A program made the position numbers and the translations under genes. The notes beneath the pieces are model-generated. The model worked only from the letters and a program-made list of their open reading frames with translations. It had not been told where the DNA came from and did no database searches. Positions 27,706-36,243 of a stretch of DNA of 64,000 bases are shown here, piece by piece (position 1 is the stretch's first letter; each line of letters begins with the position of its first letter). Source of the DNA: an uncultured Desulfarculus sp. (GTDB lineage Bacteria; Desulfobacterota; Desulfarculia; Desulfarculales; Desulfarculaceae); contig CAXXUK010000001.1 in NCBI GenBank assembly GCA_963665125.2, forward strand, positions 3,232,001 through 3,296,000, read 5' to 3'.

Positions 27706-28884
27706 CTATAAGGGCTCAGTTTCCAAACCTTGATTCAATATTTCTATGTACCGCGTGTAGCTGAAAATACGATTTCTTTTCTGCTTGGTTAGTTCATTGA
27801 TAATGCCGAGGTTGATGAGGTGCGCCAGGCATTTGTTGACCGTGGCTGCCGTGAGTCCGACTCGCTTCCCCAAGGAACCGGCGGTTGCCATGGGCTGCTT
27901 GGTCAACTCGTGATGTATTTTAAGCGTAGAGGCAGAGGCCCGGCCCAGCCCTTTGATTTGTCCTTGATCCCGCTTGGCCAAATCCGCTAGCTGCTGCGCG
28001 GTTTCCACGGCTTGGTTGGCTGTATAAATCACCGCTTCGGAGAAGAAATCAAGCCAAGCTTCCCAATCGCCCGTCAGTCGAACGTTGTTGAGCAGCTCAT
28101 AGTAATATTGCCGGTGCGTCTTGAAATAAAGGCTGAGGTAGAGCATCGGTTCGCTCAGCACCTTTTGATCGCACAGAAGCAGCGTTATAAGTAGACGACC
28201 CAGACGGCCGTTGCCGTCCAGGAAGGGGTGGATAGTCTCGAACTGCACGTGGGCCAGGGCGGCCTTGAGCAATACAGGCGTTGCTTCGGGCTGGTCGTGT
28301 AGAAACATTTCCAGCTGGCCCATGCACTCCATGACGTCCTCGGGTGGCGGTGGCACAAAAGCGGCGTTGCCGGGACGGGTGCCGCCAATCCAGTTTTGAC
28401 TGCGGCGGAACTCGCCGGGAGTCTGATTGCCACCCCGTCCCTTGAAAAGAAGTACACCATGGATTTCCTTGAACAGACGAAGAGACAAGGGCAGGCCTTG
28501 CTTAAGAAGGCGCAGACCATGCTCCAGGGCCGCAACATAGTTGCTGACCTCACGGGCGTCTTCCAGGGGGACGCCGGGTACTTGGCCCAGCTCAAACAAG
28601 AGCAGGTCGGACAGCGATGACTGGGTGCCCTCTATCATGGAGGACAGCACGGCCTCCTTGCGGATATACATGTACAGGAAAAGTGAGGTCTCGGGCAGTA
28701 ACCGGCACACGCTGTCCAGACGACCCAAGGCCAGAAGGGCTTGGTCGAACTTGTCTCTTAAATTTGGAGGCCAGTCTATGGGCGGATGTGGTGGCAACGG
28801 CGCTGGGATAAAAGCTTGCACTTTCTCGCCCACGGTGGTGATCGTTTTGTAATGCCCCTGGATTTTTCGCTTCATACCTGGCAC
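27706..28884 (-). CDS. Fic family protein, copy 2
   Basis: Near-identical to 16640-17818. Confidence 0.93.
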   Translation of the reverse strand: MPGMKRKIQGHYKTITTVGEKVQAFIPAPLPPHPPIDWPPNLRDKFDQALLALGRLDSVCRLLPETSLFLYMYIRKEAVLSSMIEGTQSSLSDLLLFELGQVPGVPLEDAREVSNYVAALEHGLRLLKQGLPLSLRLFKEIHGVLLFKGRGGNQTPGEFRRSQNWIGGTRPGNAAFVPPPPEDVMECMGQLEMFLHDQPEATPVLLKAALAHVQFETIHPFLDGNGRLGRLLITLLLCDQKVLSEPMLYLSLYFKTHRQYYYELLNNVRLTGDWEAWLDFFSEAVIYTANQAVETAQQLADLAKRDQGQIKGLGRASASTLKIHHELTKQPMATAGSLGKRVGLTAATVNKCLAHLINLGIINELTKQKRNRIFSYTRYIEILNQGLETEPL

Positions 28885-29018
28885 CTGAATCCTAAATTAT
28901 GGCTTGCAGTTATTTTAGGTTAAATGGATATCGTAAATCAAGCCGGTGCATGGCGCTGTGTGCATGCGGAGTAAATGCGTGGCAGGCGGCGGTTTTAAAA
29001 CCGTAGCACTTGATTTAG

Positions 29019-29105
29019 TGATCTACCCCACAAACGACGGACAATTGATTAAGCGACAATTTGGTTTTCGAAGGCCAGCGGGCAGATGTAGCCGTTGGCG
29101 CATAA
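29019..29105 (-). mobile_element. IS3-family right-end remnant
   Basis: Minus strand reads 'ANGYICPLAFENQIVA*' then IR-like TGTCCGTCGTTTGTGGGGTAGATCA, resembling the IS3 ends at 61747 and 63187. Confidence 0.55.
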
Positions 29106-29274
29106 TGAACTGTCCGTCCTAGATGGGTTAAATCTGGCAATATGATGCTTTCACAACGTAGGGGGGCAGTGCAAATAGCCAGGGCCCAGACAACGGTATT
29201 GATCATGGTGAAAGTAAAATTGGATATCTCCGAACAATGAGCCTTAAGGTTGATGAGGTTGAATATTTGACACC

Positions 29275-29303
29275 TGACCCGAATAATATCTATAATTGGG
29301 TCA
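29275..29303. promoter_or_regulatory. Palindromic operator-like site upstream of intact Fic-HTH
   Basis: TGACCCGA-N13-TTGGGTCA. Confidence 0.5.
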
Positions 29304-29359
29304 TAATATGAACCGTTAAGTGAGATAAGGGTCTTCAAACGACCCGATTAGGCGATAAA

Positions 29360-30472
29360 ATGGGTCAATATATCTGGCAATCAACGACATGGCCGGAGTT
29401 CCGCTGGGACAGCGATAAACTTCTCAAGCCGTTAGGGCAGGCGCGTCAGGCCCAGGGACATCTGTTGGGTGAGGTGCGCTTTGGCCTTGGGTTGGAGCTG
29501 CAAGCTGAGCTGCTGACCCAGGAAGGTGTGGCCACGGCTGCCATTGAAGGCGAGCATTTAAACCGGCAGGCAGTCCGCTCCTCTGTGGCTAGGCGACTTG
29601 GCCTGCCCACTGCCGGTCTGCCTACCGCTGAGCGCCATGTGGATGGCCTGGTGCAGATGCTCTTGGACGCCACAATGGGCTATAAAAATCCTTTGACGCC
29701 CAACCGCCTGTTCGGCTGGCATGCTGCGCTCTTCCCTACTGGTTATTCAGGACTGGTCGAAATCGCCGTAGGACGGTGGCGCGAAAGCAACGAGCCAATG
29801 CAGGTGGTTTCTGGCCCAATGGGACGCGAGCATGTTCATTATGAAGCCCCGCCTTCTCTTCAGGTTCCCAAAGAAATGGACAGATTCCTAACCTGGTGGG
29901 CGGCTCCGCCCGCTAATTTGGACGGCTTGGTGCGCGCCGCTCTGGCGCATTTGTGGTTCGTGACCATCCACCCCTTTGAGGACGGTAATGGCCGCATTGC
30001 CCGCGCTATAACAGACATGGCCTTGGCCCAGGATGAGGGCAGCGGCCAGCGGCTCTACAGCATGTCCCAGCAGATTCAAGCTGAAAGTGAAGCCTATTAT
30101 ACCGTGCTTGAGAGGACCCAAAAGAGTGATGGCGACGCAACCGGTTGGTTGGCGTGGTTCCTGGAGTGTCTGGCCAGGGCCATAGCGCGTTCCGAGAAGC
30201 AGGTTGCCCTTGCCCTGAGCCACAGTGAATTTTGGCAGCACCACGCCGAAGCTGGCCTTAACCCACGCCAAGTAAAGGTCGTCAAACGGTTATTAGAGGC
30301 AGGGCCTGGTGGATTTGAAGGTGGCATGACCAATCGCAAGTATGTCGGCATGGCCAAGGTCAGCCGGGAAACGGCCAAGCGCGATCTGGCGGACTTGGTG
30401 GCCAAAGGAATCCTAAGGAAAAACCAGGGTGGCGGGCGTAGCGTTAGTTATAGTTTGGTGTGGCCGGGGTGA
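29360..30472 (+). CDS. Fic family protein with DUF4172-type N-terminus and C-terminal wHTH
   Basis: 'YIWQ..WPEFRWD', 'AAIEGE', 'HPFEDGNGRIAR', 'SRETAKRDLADLV.KG...GGGRSVSY'. Confidence 0.92.
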   Translation: MGQYIWQSTTWPEFRWDSDKLLKPLGQARQAQGHLLGEVRFGLGLELQAELLTQEGVATAAIEGEHLNRQAVRSSVARRLGLPTAGLPTAERHVDGLVQMLLDATMGYKNPLTPNRLFGWHAALFPTGYSGLVEIAVGRWRESNEPMQVVSGPMGREHVHYEAPPSLQVPKEMDRFLTWWAAPPANLDGLVRAALAHLWFVTIHPFEDGNGRIARAITDMALAQDEGSGQRLYSMSQQIQAESEAYYTVLERTQKSDGDATGWLAWFLECLARAIARSEKQVALALSHSEFWQHHAEAGLNPRQVKVVKRLLEAGPGGFEGGMTNRKYVGMAKVSRETAKRDLADLVAKGILRKNQGGGRSVSYSLVWPG

Positions 30473-30782
30473 GGGACTGGGGTATGGGACACATTGTTAT
30501 GGCCTGACTGTAATGTATAACTCTGATTTAATTTAGTTAGCGCAGCATGGAGGCGCATAGGTCGCGGTCGATTCAACCTTGCAGATGCCTCCTGATATTT
30601 AATAGGAGCTTCTCCTCAGTGATTGCTACAGCATTATTGGGAAAAGCTGGGTCCCGTTTGAGTATACTGAGTTTTATAACAACTGCGACAGAAGACGCAG
30701 TGCCAGGGGGCACTACTCCAACCCGTTGCTGACGACGCTAATCTTCAGCAGTGCTGATGACTGAACCTAAGGACAAACATCA

Positions 30783-31595
30783 GTGAAAGAATATTATGAA
30801 AATAAGGTTGCTGCCGTAACGGGTGGCGCATCGGGCATAGGATTGGCTTTGTGTGAAGAAATGCTTGCCATGGATGCCAAGGCGGTCCTGCTTGCTGATT
30901 TGAATGAGGAAAACTTGTCAAGGGAAGGCGGACGTCTGGCGGGTGTATTTCCCGGCAGGGTCTTCACCATGCAAACGGACGTTACAAGGGAAGATAGTGT
31001 TAGGGCAATGGTCGCGCGTGCAGCCGAAATAGGTGGTGGAAGGCTTGATCTTCTATTCAATAACGCGGGAGCGGGGTTGGTTAAAGGTTTTGGAGAAACT
31101 ACCAATGAGGATTGGGAATTCGCTTTCGGCCTCAATTTTTACGGCCCCCTCTATGGCGTCCGCGCCGCGTTGCCGATAATGATAGCCCAGGGTGGAGGAC
31201 ATATAGCCAATACAGCATCTGGAATAGCTTTCACAAACTTTCCCCTGCAGAGCATGTATTCGGCTACCAAATCAGCCCTTCTAAGCTTTACTCTTTCGTT
31301 GCGCGCTGAATACTGGCATCAAAATATCCGATTTTCCGTTGTAATACCGGGGACTGTTTCAACACCTATCTGGCAAGGGCAGGCACCGGATACAGCCATC
31401 ACCCCAAAGGTTTCGGCGGAACGCATCCTGGCTGGCATCGCCGAAAACCAGAGGATCGTCATCACCAGCGACGAAGATCGCTCGGGTCTGGAAACCATGG
31501 GAGCCCAAGCCAATAACTCCGAATACGCGAAATGGCTAGACGACTACCTGGCCGGTGTGGCGGAAAAACGCCGCAAAGGAACGCTCGAATTTTGA
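30783..31595 (+). CDS. SDR-family oxidoreductase
   Basis: 'TGGASGIG', 'NNAG', 'YSATK'. Confidence 0.92.
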   Translation: MKEYYENKVAAVTGGASGIGLALCEEMLAMDAKAVLLADLNEENLSREGGRLAGVFPGRVFTMQTDVTREDSVRAMVARAAEIGGGRLDLLFNNAGAGLVKGFGETTNEDWEFAFGLNFYGPLYGVRAALPIMIAQGGGHIANTASGIAFTNFPLQSMYSATKSALLSFTLSLRAEYWHQNIRFSVVIPGTVSTPIWQGQAPDTAITPKVSAERILAGIAENQRIVITSDEDRSGLETMGAQANNSEYAKWLDDYLAGVAEKRRKGTLEF

Positions 31596-31668
31596 AGGCT
31601 AAAGAACGTTCCTTCTCATTTCCGCACCAGACCAACAGGTAGGCAAAGCCCCGCAGGCAATATAGGAG

Positions 31669-32523
31669 TTACTTGGAAGAAGTCACGCCCATGTTGTACT
31701 GGGGGTCCGCATGCCGCAGTTCGGCCATATCCCACATGGCTTGCTCAACCTCCGCCGGATTAGTGTGTGAGGCGTGATACATCTGTCGGGCGAAGTCCTG
31801 GACCGGCACGATATTTCGCCCTGCTTCCACGCCCTCAAGAATCTCATCTGCAGCCTGATCAATGCTGATCGCTTCAGGCGGCTTGGGCAATTCTTTGTGA
31901 ATCTCGTAGTCTAGAGAGCGGTAGAAGATCATCGTATCGACCGCACCGGGACAGACAGTCGTCACCTTGATGTTGTGGTAGGACATCTCGTAGCGCAAAT
32001 CTTCGCCAAAGCCCACCACAGCGTACTTCGAGGCTGCGTAAACGGTTTGGTACGGTAAAGGTACGATCCCGCATACGGAAGCTACATTTACGATATGGCC
32101 GTGGCCTTGCTCGATCATTATGGGCACCACAGCATGCACGCAATTTACCACGCCGAAAAGATTGACATCGAAAACCGTGTTCCAGTCCTCTCTCTTGGTG
32201 ACGGTAAATGCTTGGCCGAACCCTACGCCAGCATTGCAAAAAATGTAATCAATTGGACCTCTGCTGCCCACGTATTCAATATAGCTTTTGACCATATTTT
32301 CGTCACGTACATCCACAACTTGAGCATGAACACGTCCGCCGTATTGCCGAAGAGATTCGGCGGCGGCGGCGATGTTTTTGGGAGTGCGGCTACACATATA
32401 TACTTCCGCGCCGCGTTGAAGCAAACCCCGGCTCAAGCCAAGCCCTATTCCCGTGGAAGCTCCTGTTATAACAGCAACTTTATCCTTGAAAAAGCTATTG
32501 TCCTGCCGCGTAGGATGTTCCAT
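31669..32523 (-). CDS. SDR-family oxidoreductase
   Basis: 'TGASTGIG', 'CNAG', 'YAASK'; ATG 32523 after GAGGAGG. Confidence 0.92.
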   Translation of the reverse strand: MEHPTRQDNSFFKDKVAVITGASTGIGLGLSRGLLQRGAEVYMCSRTPKNIAAAAESLRQYGGRVHAQVVDVRDENMVKSYIEYVGSRGPIDYIFCNAGVGFGQAFTVTKREDWNTVFDVNLFGVVNCVHAVVPIMIEQGHGHIVNVASVCGIVPLPYQTVYAASKYAVVGFGEDLRYEMSYHNIKVTTVCPGAVDTMIFYRSLDYEIHKELPKPPEAISIDQAADEILEGVEAGRNIVPVQDFARQMYHASHTNPAEVEQAMWDMAELRHADPQYNMGVTSSK

Positions 32524-32601
32524 ATCCGTCCTCCTCTTGTTCTTGCTTGGGTGTAGAGATGTCAAGACACTAATCCATATAACCAAATATCGATCAACCC
32601 G

Positions 32602-33804
32602 TTATCGCTCGGATATGCTTTGTATTGTAATTCTTTCTATAAACAATAATTGACTGAGCAAATACAAAAGGACACAGCCATTTCCCGCCAAAATTATTCC
32701 CAATACAAGCCCCGATACCAAGCCGGAAAAGAGCATTGTTATGCCAAAAAGCATACTCAAGAAATTCATGATGATGACGGCGGAATTGATTTTTATAAGA
32801 AGCACTGGCATCGGCTCGGATGTCTTCTCTTGTCTGAAAAACGGTAAGATTACTTTTACAATCCCGATGGTACCTCCGGCTACGTTGAGAAGACCGACAA
32901 TGAGGGTGAGAGGTACAACAAGAATGCCAGGAACAATGCTGGAGATAACACCGATAATTCCAAAGATAAATCCCAAAAATATGATCAACCAGGTTCGCGG
33001 GAAAGGCCCTATAGGGGTATTCCCCAAAGCCAGCATCTGAATGGCAAATAAAACCATTAAAAGGCCCAATTGAGCGCTTCCTGAAAACGGGAGCAGACCC
33101 AGGTCCACCGGAATGAGTAGCAGACCCAGGATAAGCATGAAAACGCCCATTAACAGAAGAGTTGCGTTATTCAGGGAGAGCCCGCCGTCGGAGGAAGGCT
33201 CTTCCGGCTTGGATGGGTGATGCCGGTTGATTATTTGTAGAACACAAGCCAGGTAAGTTAGGGCGAAGGCATAAGCCAAAACGGCGGATATGGTCAACGG
33301 TGCATTGAAGATGCTCGGCTTGAATATCAAAATCGCGATAAATGTCTGACAGAGATAAACCGCGCCACATGCAACAATGAGATGATTGAAGATGCCACCA
33401 TATGTTCTCCAGAGCCTGTATCTGTTTTGAGTAAAGAGCATCTGCAGAAAAAGGACGAGCCCACCGGCGCCTAAAGCGAAGCTGAGGATAACACGTGGAA
33501 GGCTCCCTAGAATACCTGGAACGAAACAGGTGACAATACCGAGAGCCGCTATACTTGTTCCTCCCCAAGCAGTGATTCGAGATCTCTGCATATCTCCAAA
33601 AGGAGTTTTACCCATGAAGACAATCTGGAGAGCCAATATGACCAGCAGTAGGCCAAAGAGACCGTTTTCATAATAGGGGAGGCTTCCCGCGTATACGGGG
33701 AACAACAAAATCCCAAGCGTGAGCATAGCCATTCCTGCGAACAGGAGGATGACGACTTCCAGTGAAAGGTCAGATTCTTTAAAGAGTTTATTCTCAACCA
33801 TCAA
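32602..33804 (-). CDS. Polytopic membrane protein with internal duplication
   Basis: About 12 hydrophobic segments; two halves with 'LSL..', 'LP(Y/F)', 'G(K/N)TP(F/I)G'. Confidence 0.75.
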   Translation of the reverse strand: MMVENKLFKESDLSLEVVILLFAGMAMLTLGILLFPVYAGSLPYYENGLFGLLLVILALQIVFMGKTPFGDMQRSRITAWGGTSIAALGIVTCFVPGILGSLPRVILSFALGAGGLVLFLQMLFTQNRYRLWRTYGGIFNHLIVACGAVYLCQTFIAILIFKPSIFNAPLTISAVLAYAFALTYLACVLQIINRHHPSKPEEPSSDGGLSLNNATLLLMGVFMLILGLLLIPVDLGLLPFSGSAQLGLLMVLFAIQMLALGNTPIGPFPRTWLIIFLGFIFGIIGVISSIVPGILVVPLTLIVGLLNVAGGTIGIVKVILPFFRQEKTSEPMPVLLIKINSAVIIMNFLSMLFGITMLFSGLVSGLVLGIILAGNGCVLLYLLSQLLFIERITIQSISER

Positions 33805-34110
33805 CAGAGGTGGCCCAATATGTTAAACAGTTAGGTGTTTGAGTGAGGAGTTAGGTAAGCTATTTATCAAGCCTTCTTGGAATCACTTCGGAAGTATGCC
33901 CCAATCTGCATTTTCCCGTCCAGCACGTAATGAAATGTTGGGAGCAAAGATAGCCGACGAAATTTAAGCTTTGACGTATTCCTCAGCCTAGCGGTAGCTA
34001 TTCAATAAATCGTGTGGCAGCATATGATCCCACCAAGGACAGACATCGTATTAAGCGAAACAAAGCTTGACGGAGGTTTTCGACGAAATCGCAGAAGAGT
34101 AAATGTAATG

Positions 34111-35328
34111 TGTACAGTGATGGTATTGACCTGACAGTCGCCTCCTACCGGTTCGGTTGTTAGGCTGCCTTTTTGCTCTTATTATTTTTCGGTTCAGGAT
34201 TCAAGTCTTTCAGCCCATCTTTGAAAGCCTGATACGGCGTCCTACCGTTCATGTTGCGGCCCTGGTGGGGCCGTTTCGTATTGTAAAGGGCCAGATACTC
34301 TTCCAGATCATTCTGCATCTCATCGACCGACTCGTACCATTTCTTGCGGCCCATGATGCGGAAATGCTCGTCCAGCAGGGTACGGTGAAGCCGCTCCACA
34401 AAGCCGTTTGACTGGGGACGGCGCACCTTGGTTGTGCGGTGTTCGATGCCCTCAAGTTGCAGGAACAACTCGTAAGGGTGGCGGTCCTCACGGCCACAAA
34501 ATTCCCTGCCGTTGTCGCTGAGAATTGTCGTGATTGAAGCGTCATGCTGCTCGAAGAAGGGCAGTACGTCGGTGTTGAGCACATGGACGGCGGTCACCGG
34601 CAGCTTGGAAGTGTAGAGCCTGCCCCATGAATAGCGGCTGTGACAATCGATCACCGATTGCAGGTAGACCTTGCCCACGCCTTTGAGGGTGCCCACAAAG
34701 AAGGTGTCCACCGCCACCAGATCGCCCACACCCTTGGTTTCAATGTGGCGCTCCCTAAACTCCGGGCTGAATCGCTCCAAGAGGGCGACCTGTTCCTCGC
34801 TCAAATCGATCTTGGTTTCCGATACGTGCCGCTCCAGCCTCAGCAGGCGCTCATGGCGGCTCAAAAGATTGTGCCGGGACCAAACTCCCCGCACACCGCC
34901 GGAGCTGACCTGGATGCCTTTTAGGGCCAGTTCGTCGGCCACGCGAAGGCAGCCATGGGTGGGATAATCCAAGCTGTGGTCCAGAATGGCCTTTTCGATT
35001 TCTTCTGACACCCGGTTGGGATGTGGTCCTTTGGGGCCGGGAAGCCGATCCACCAGGCCTTCGGCCCCAAACGTCTGGTAGTTGCGCCTGATCTCATAGA
35101 ATTGCTGGCGGGAATAGCCCATGATCTTGCAGGCCCGGCTGACGTTCTTCAAATCAGACGCCAACTCTAGTAAACTCAGCTTCCTGCGTGCTACTTTCTT
35201 TTCGGTGGTCATGTCCTTTACCTCCTTGGGTTCGAAGTGCTTCGCAACACTTCTTCTAACCCGGTAGGAGGCGGCATGGCCACCTCTTCATTTGGCTCCA
35301 TGTGTCAGGTAATTACCGTCACAGCACA
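34111..35328 (-). mobile_element. IS481-family element A, copy 2 (diverged)
   Basis: Same IR type as 19731-20949; 7-bp TSD TGTAATG (34104-34110, 35329-35335). Confidence 0.93.
34160..35212 (-). CDS. IS481-family transposase
   Basis: Near-identical protein to 19848-20900. Confidence 0.93.
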   Translation of the reverse strand: MTTEKKVARRKLSLLELASDLKNVSRACKIMGYSRQQFYEIRRNYQTFGAEGLVDRLPGPKGPHPNRVSEEIEKAILDHSLDYPTHGCLRVADELALKGIQVSSGGVRGVWSRHNLLSRHERLLRLERHVSETKIDLSEEQVALLERFSPEFRERHIETKGVGDLVAVDTFFVGTLKGVGKVYLQSVIDCHSRYSWGRLYTSKLPVTAVHVLNTDVLPFFEQHDASITTILSDNGREFCGREDRHPYELFLQLEGIEHRTTKVRRPQSNGFVERLHRTLLDEHFRIMGRKKWYESVDEMQNDLEEYLALYNTKRPHQGRNMNGRTPYQAFKDGLKDLNPEPKNNKSKKAA

Positions 35329-35346
35329 TGTAATGGAACTTGCATA

Positions 35347-35526
35347 GGACTTTTCAGTCCCACCTGGCAGGGCGCTCAATGCTTACTACTGGCTAATAAA
35401 ACACACTGTAATGTCAAATGGTTATCGTTGGTATGGTCTGCCCGAAATGACCCTGTTTGCCCCCCCTGAACCCTGCATATCGTACATAAAAGTTCAGAAA
35501 AAGTTCAGAGCGGGCAGGGGCTGAGC
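35347..35526. repeat. Island end module copy 3 (unit 2/3 junction)
   Basis: GGACTTTTCAGTCC core plus same module; similarity ends at GGGCTGAGC. Confidence 0.9.
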
Positions 35527-35711
35527 CTAGGCTAGAAAGCCGTCGTTAACGCTAATGAGCGCAATTGCTTTTGATCCGTGAGGGTACGTCGTAGGTGTTG
35601 CGGGTGCGTCTATGCATTTTTGGTTAATCTGCGCGGTTAGGCTTACATGGCAGGTCAACCCAAAGAAACAAGTAGCCAATACGTAAGTTACTGACAAACG
35701 TTCTAAGTGTT

Positions 35712-36012
35712 GCGGCCAGGGCCATAGAGCATTTAGAAAAGCAGTCAGCAGTTGCCCTAAGCCACAGCGATTTTGGCAGCGTCGCGCCGATACTGGCCTC
35801 AACCCGCGCCAAGTAGAGGTCGTTAAACGGTAATTAGCGGCCGGGCCAGGTGGGTTCGAAGGTAACATGGCTAACTGTAAATATGTAAGTATGGCAAAAG
35901 TTAGCAGATAACTTGACAACGCGATCTGGTTTACTAAGTGGCCAAAGGAATCCTACGGAAGAGCCCAGGCGGTGGGCGTAGCGTTAGTTATAGTTTGGTG
36001 TGGCCTGGATGA
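35712..36012 (+). pseudogene. Fic-HTH C-terminal remnant
   Basis: Aligns to ~30170-30472, including GGGCGTAGCGTTAGTTATAGTTTGGTGTGGCC; stops and frameshifts. Confidence 0.8.
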
Positions 36013-36243
36013 GGGACGGGGGGGAAGATTGTTATGTCCTACCCGTGAGGGGGTCAAATTTTAAGATACTAATGAATCTTACATAAATTACGATTATTGA
36101 TGAGGCTAATTAAAATAATGTTAGCGGCCCCAAAGCCATCAAAAATTAATTCAATCTATGGTTATTTGTTTATAATGGCTAATGATTAAAATCAAATGAA
36201 AATATAAGTACTTTTGAACGGCTAAAATATTGGAGTAAATATA

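Noticed and set aside
14965..28976. Assembly artefact explaining the 2.9-kb duplication
   Set aside because: Copies differ by many scattered substitutions and distinct deletions.
29015..29338. 107-aa ORF
   Set aside because: Overlaps an IS3 end remnant and the Fic upstream palindrome; likely spurious.
19731..35328. Composite transposon bounded by the two inverted IS481-A copies
   Set aside because: Copy 2 has its own TSD on both sides, outer flanks do not match, and the copies are diverged.
35527..35919. 130-aa minus-strand ORF
   Set aside because: Antisense shadow of the Fic-HTH remnant.
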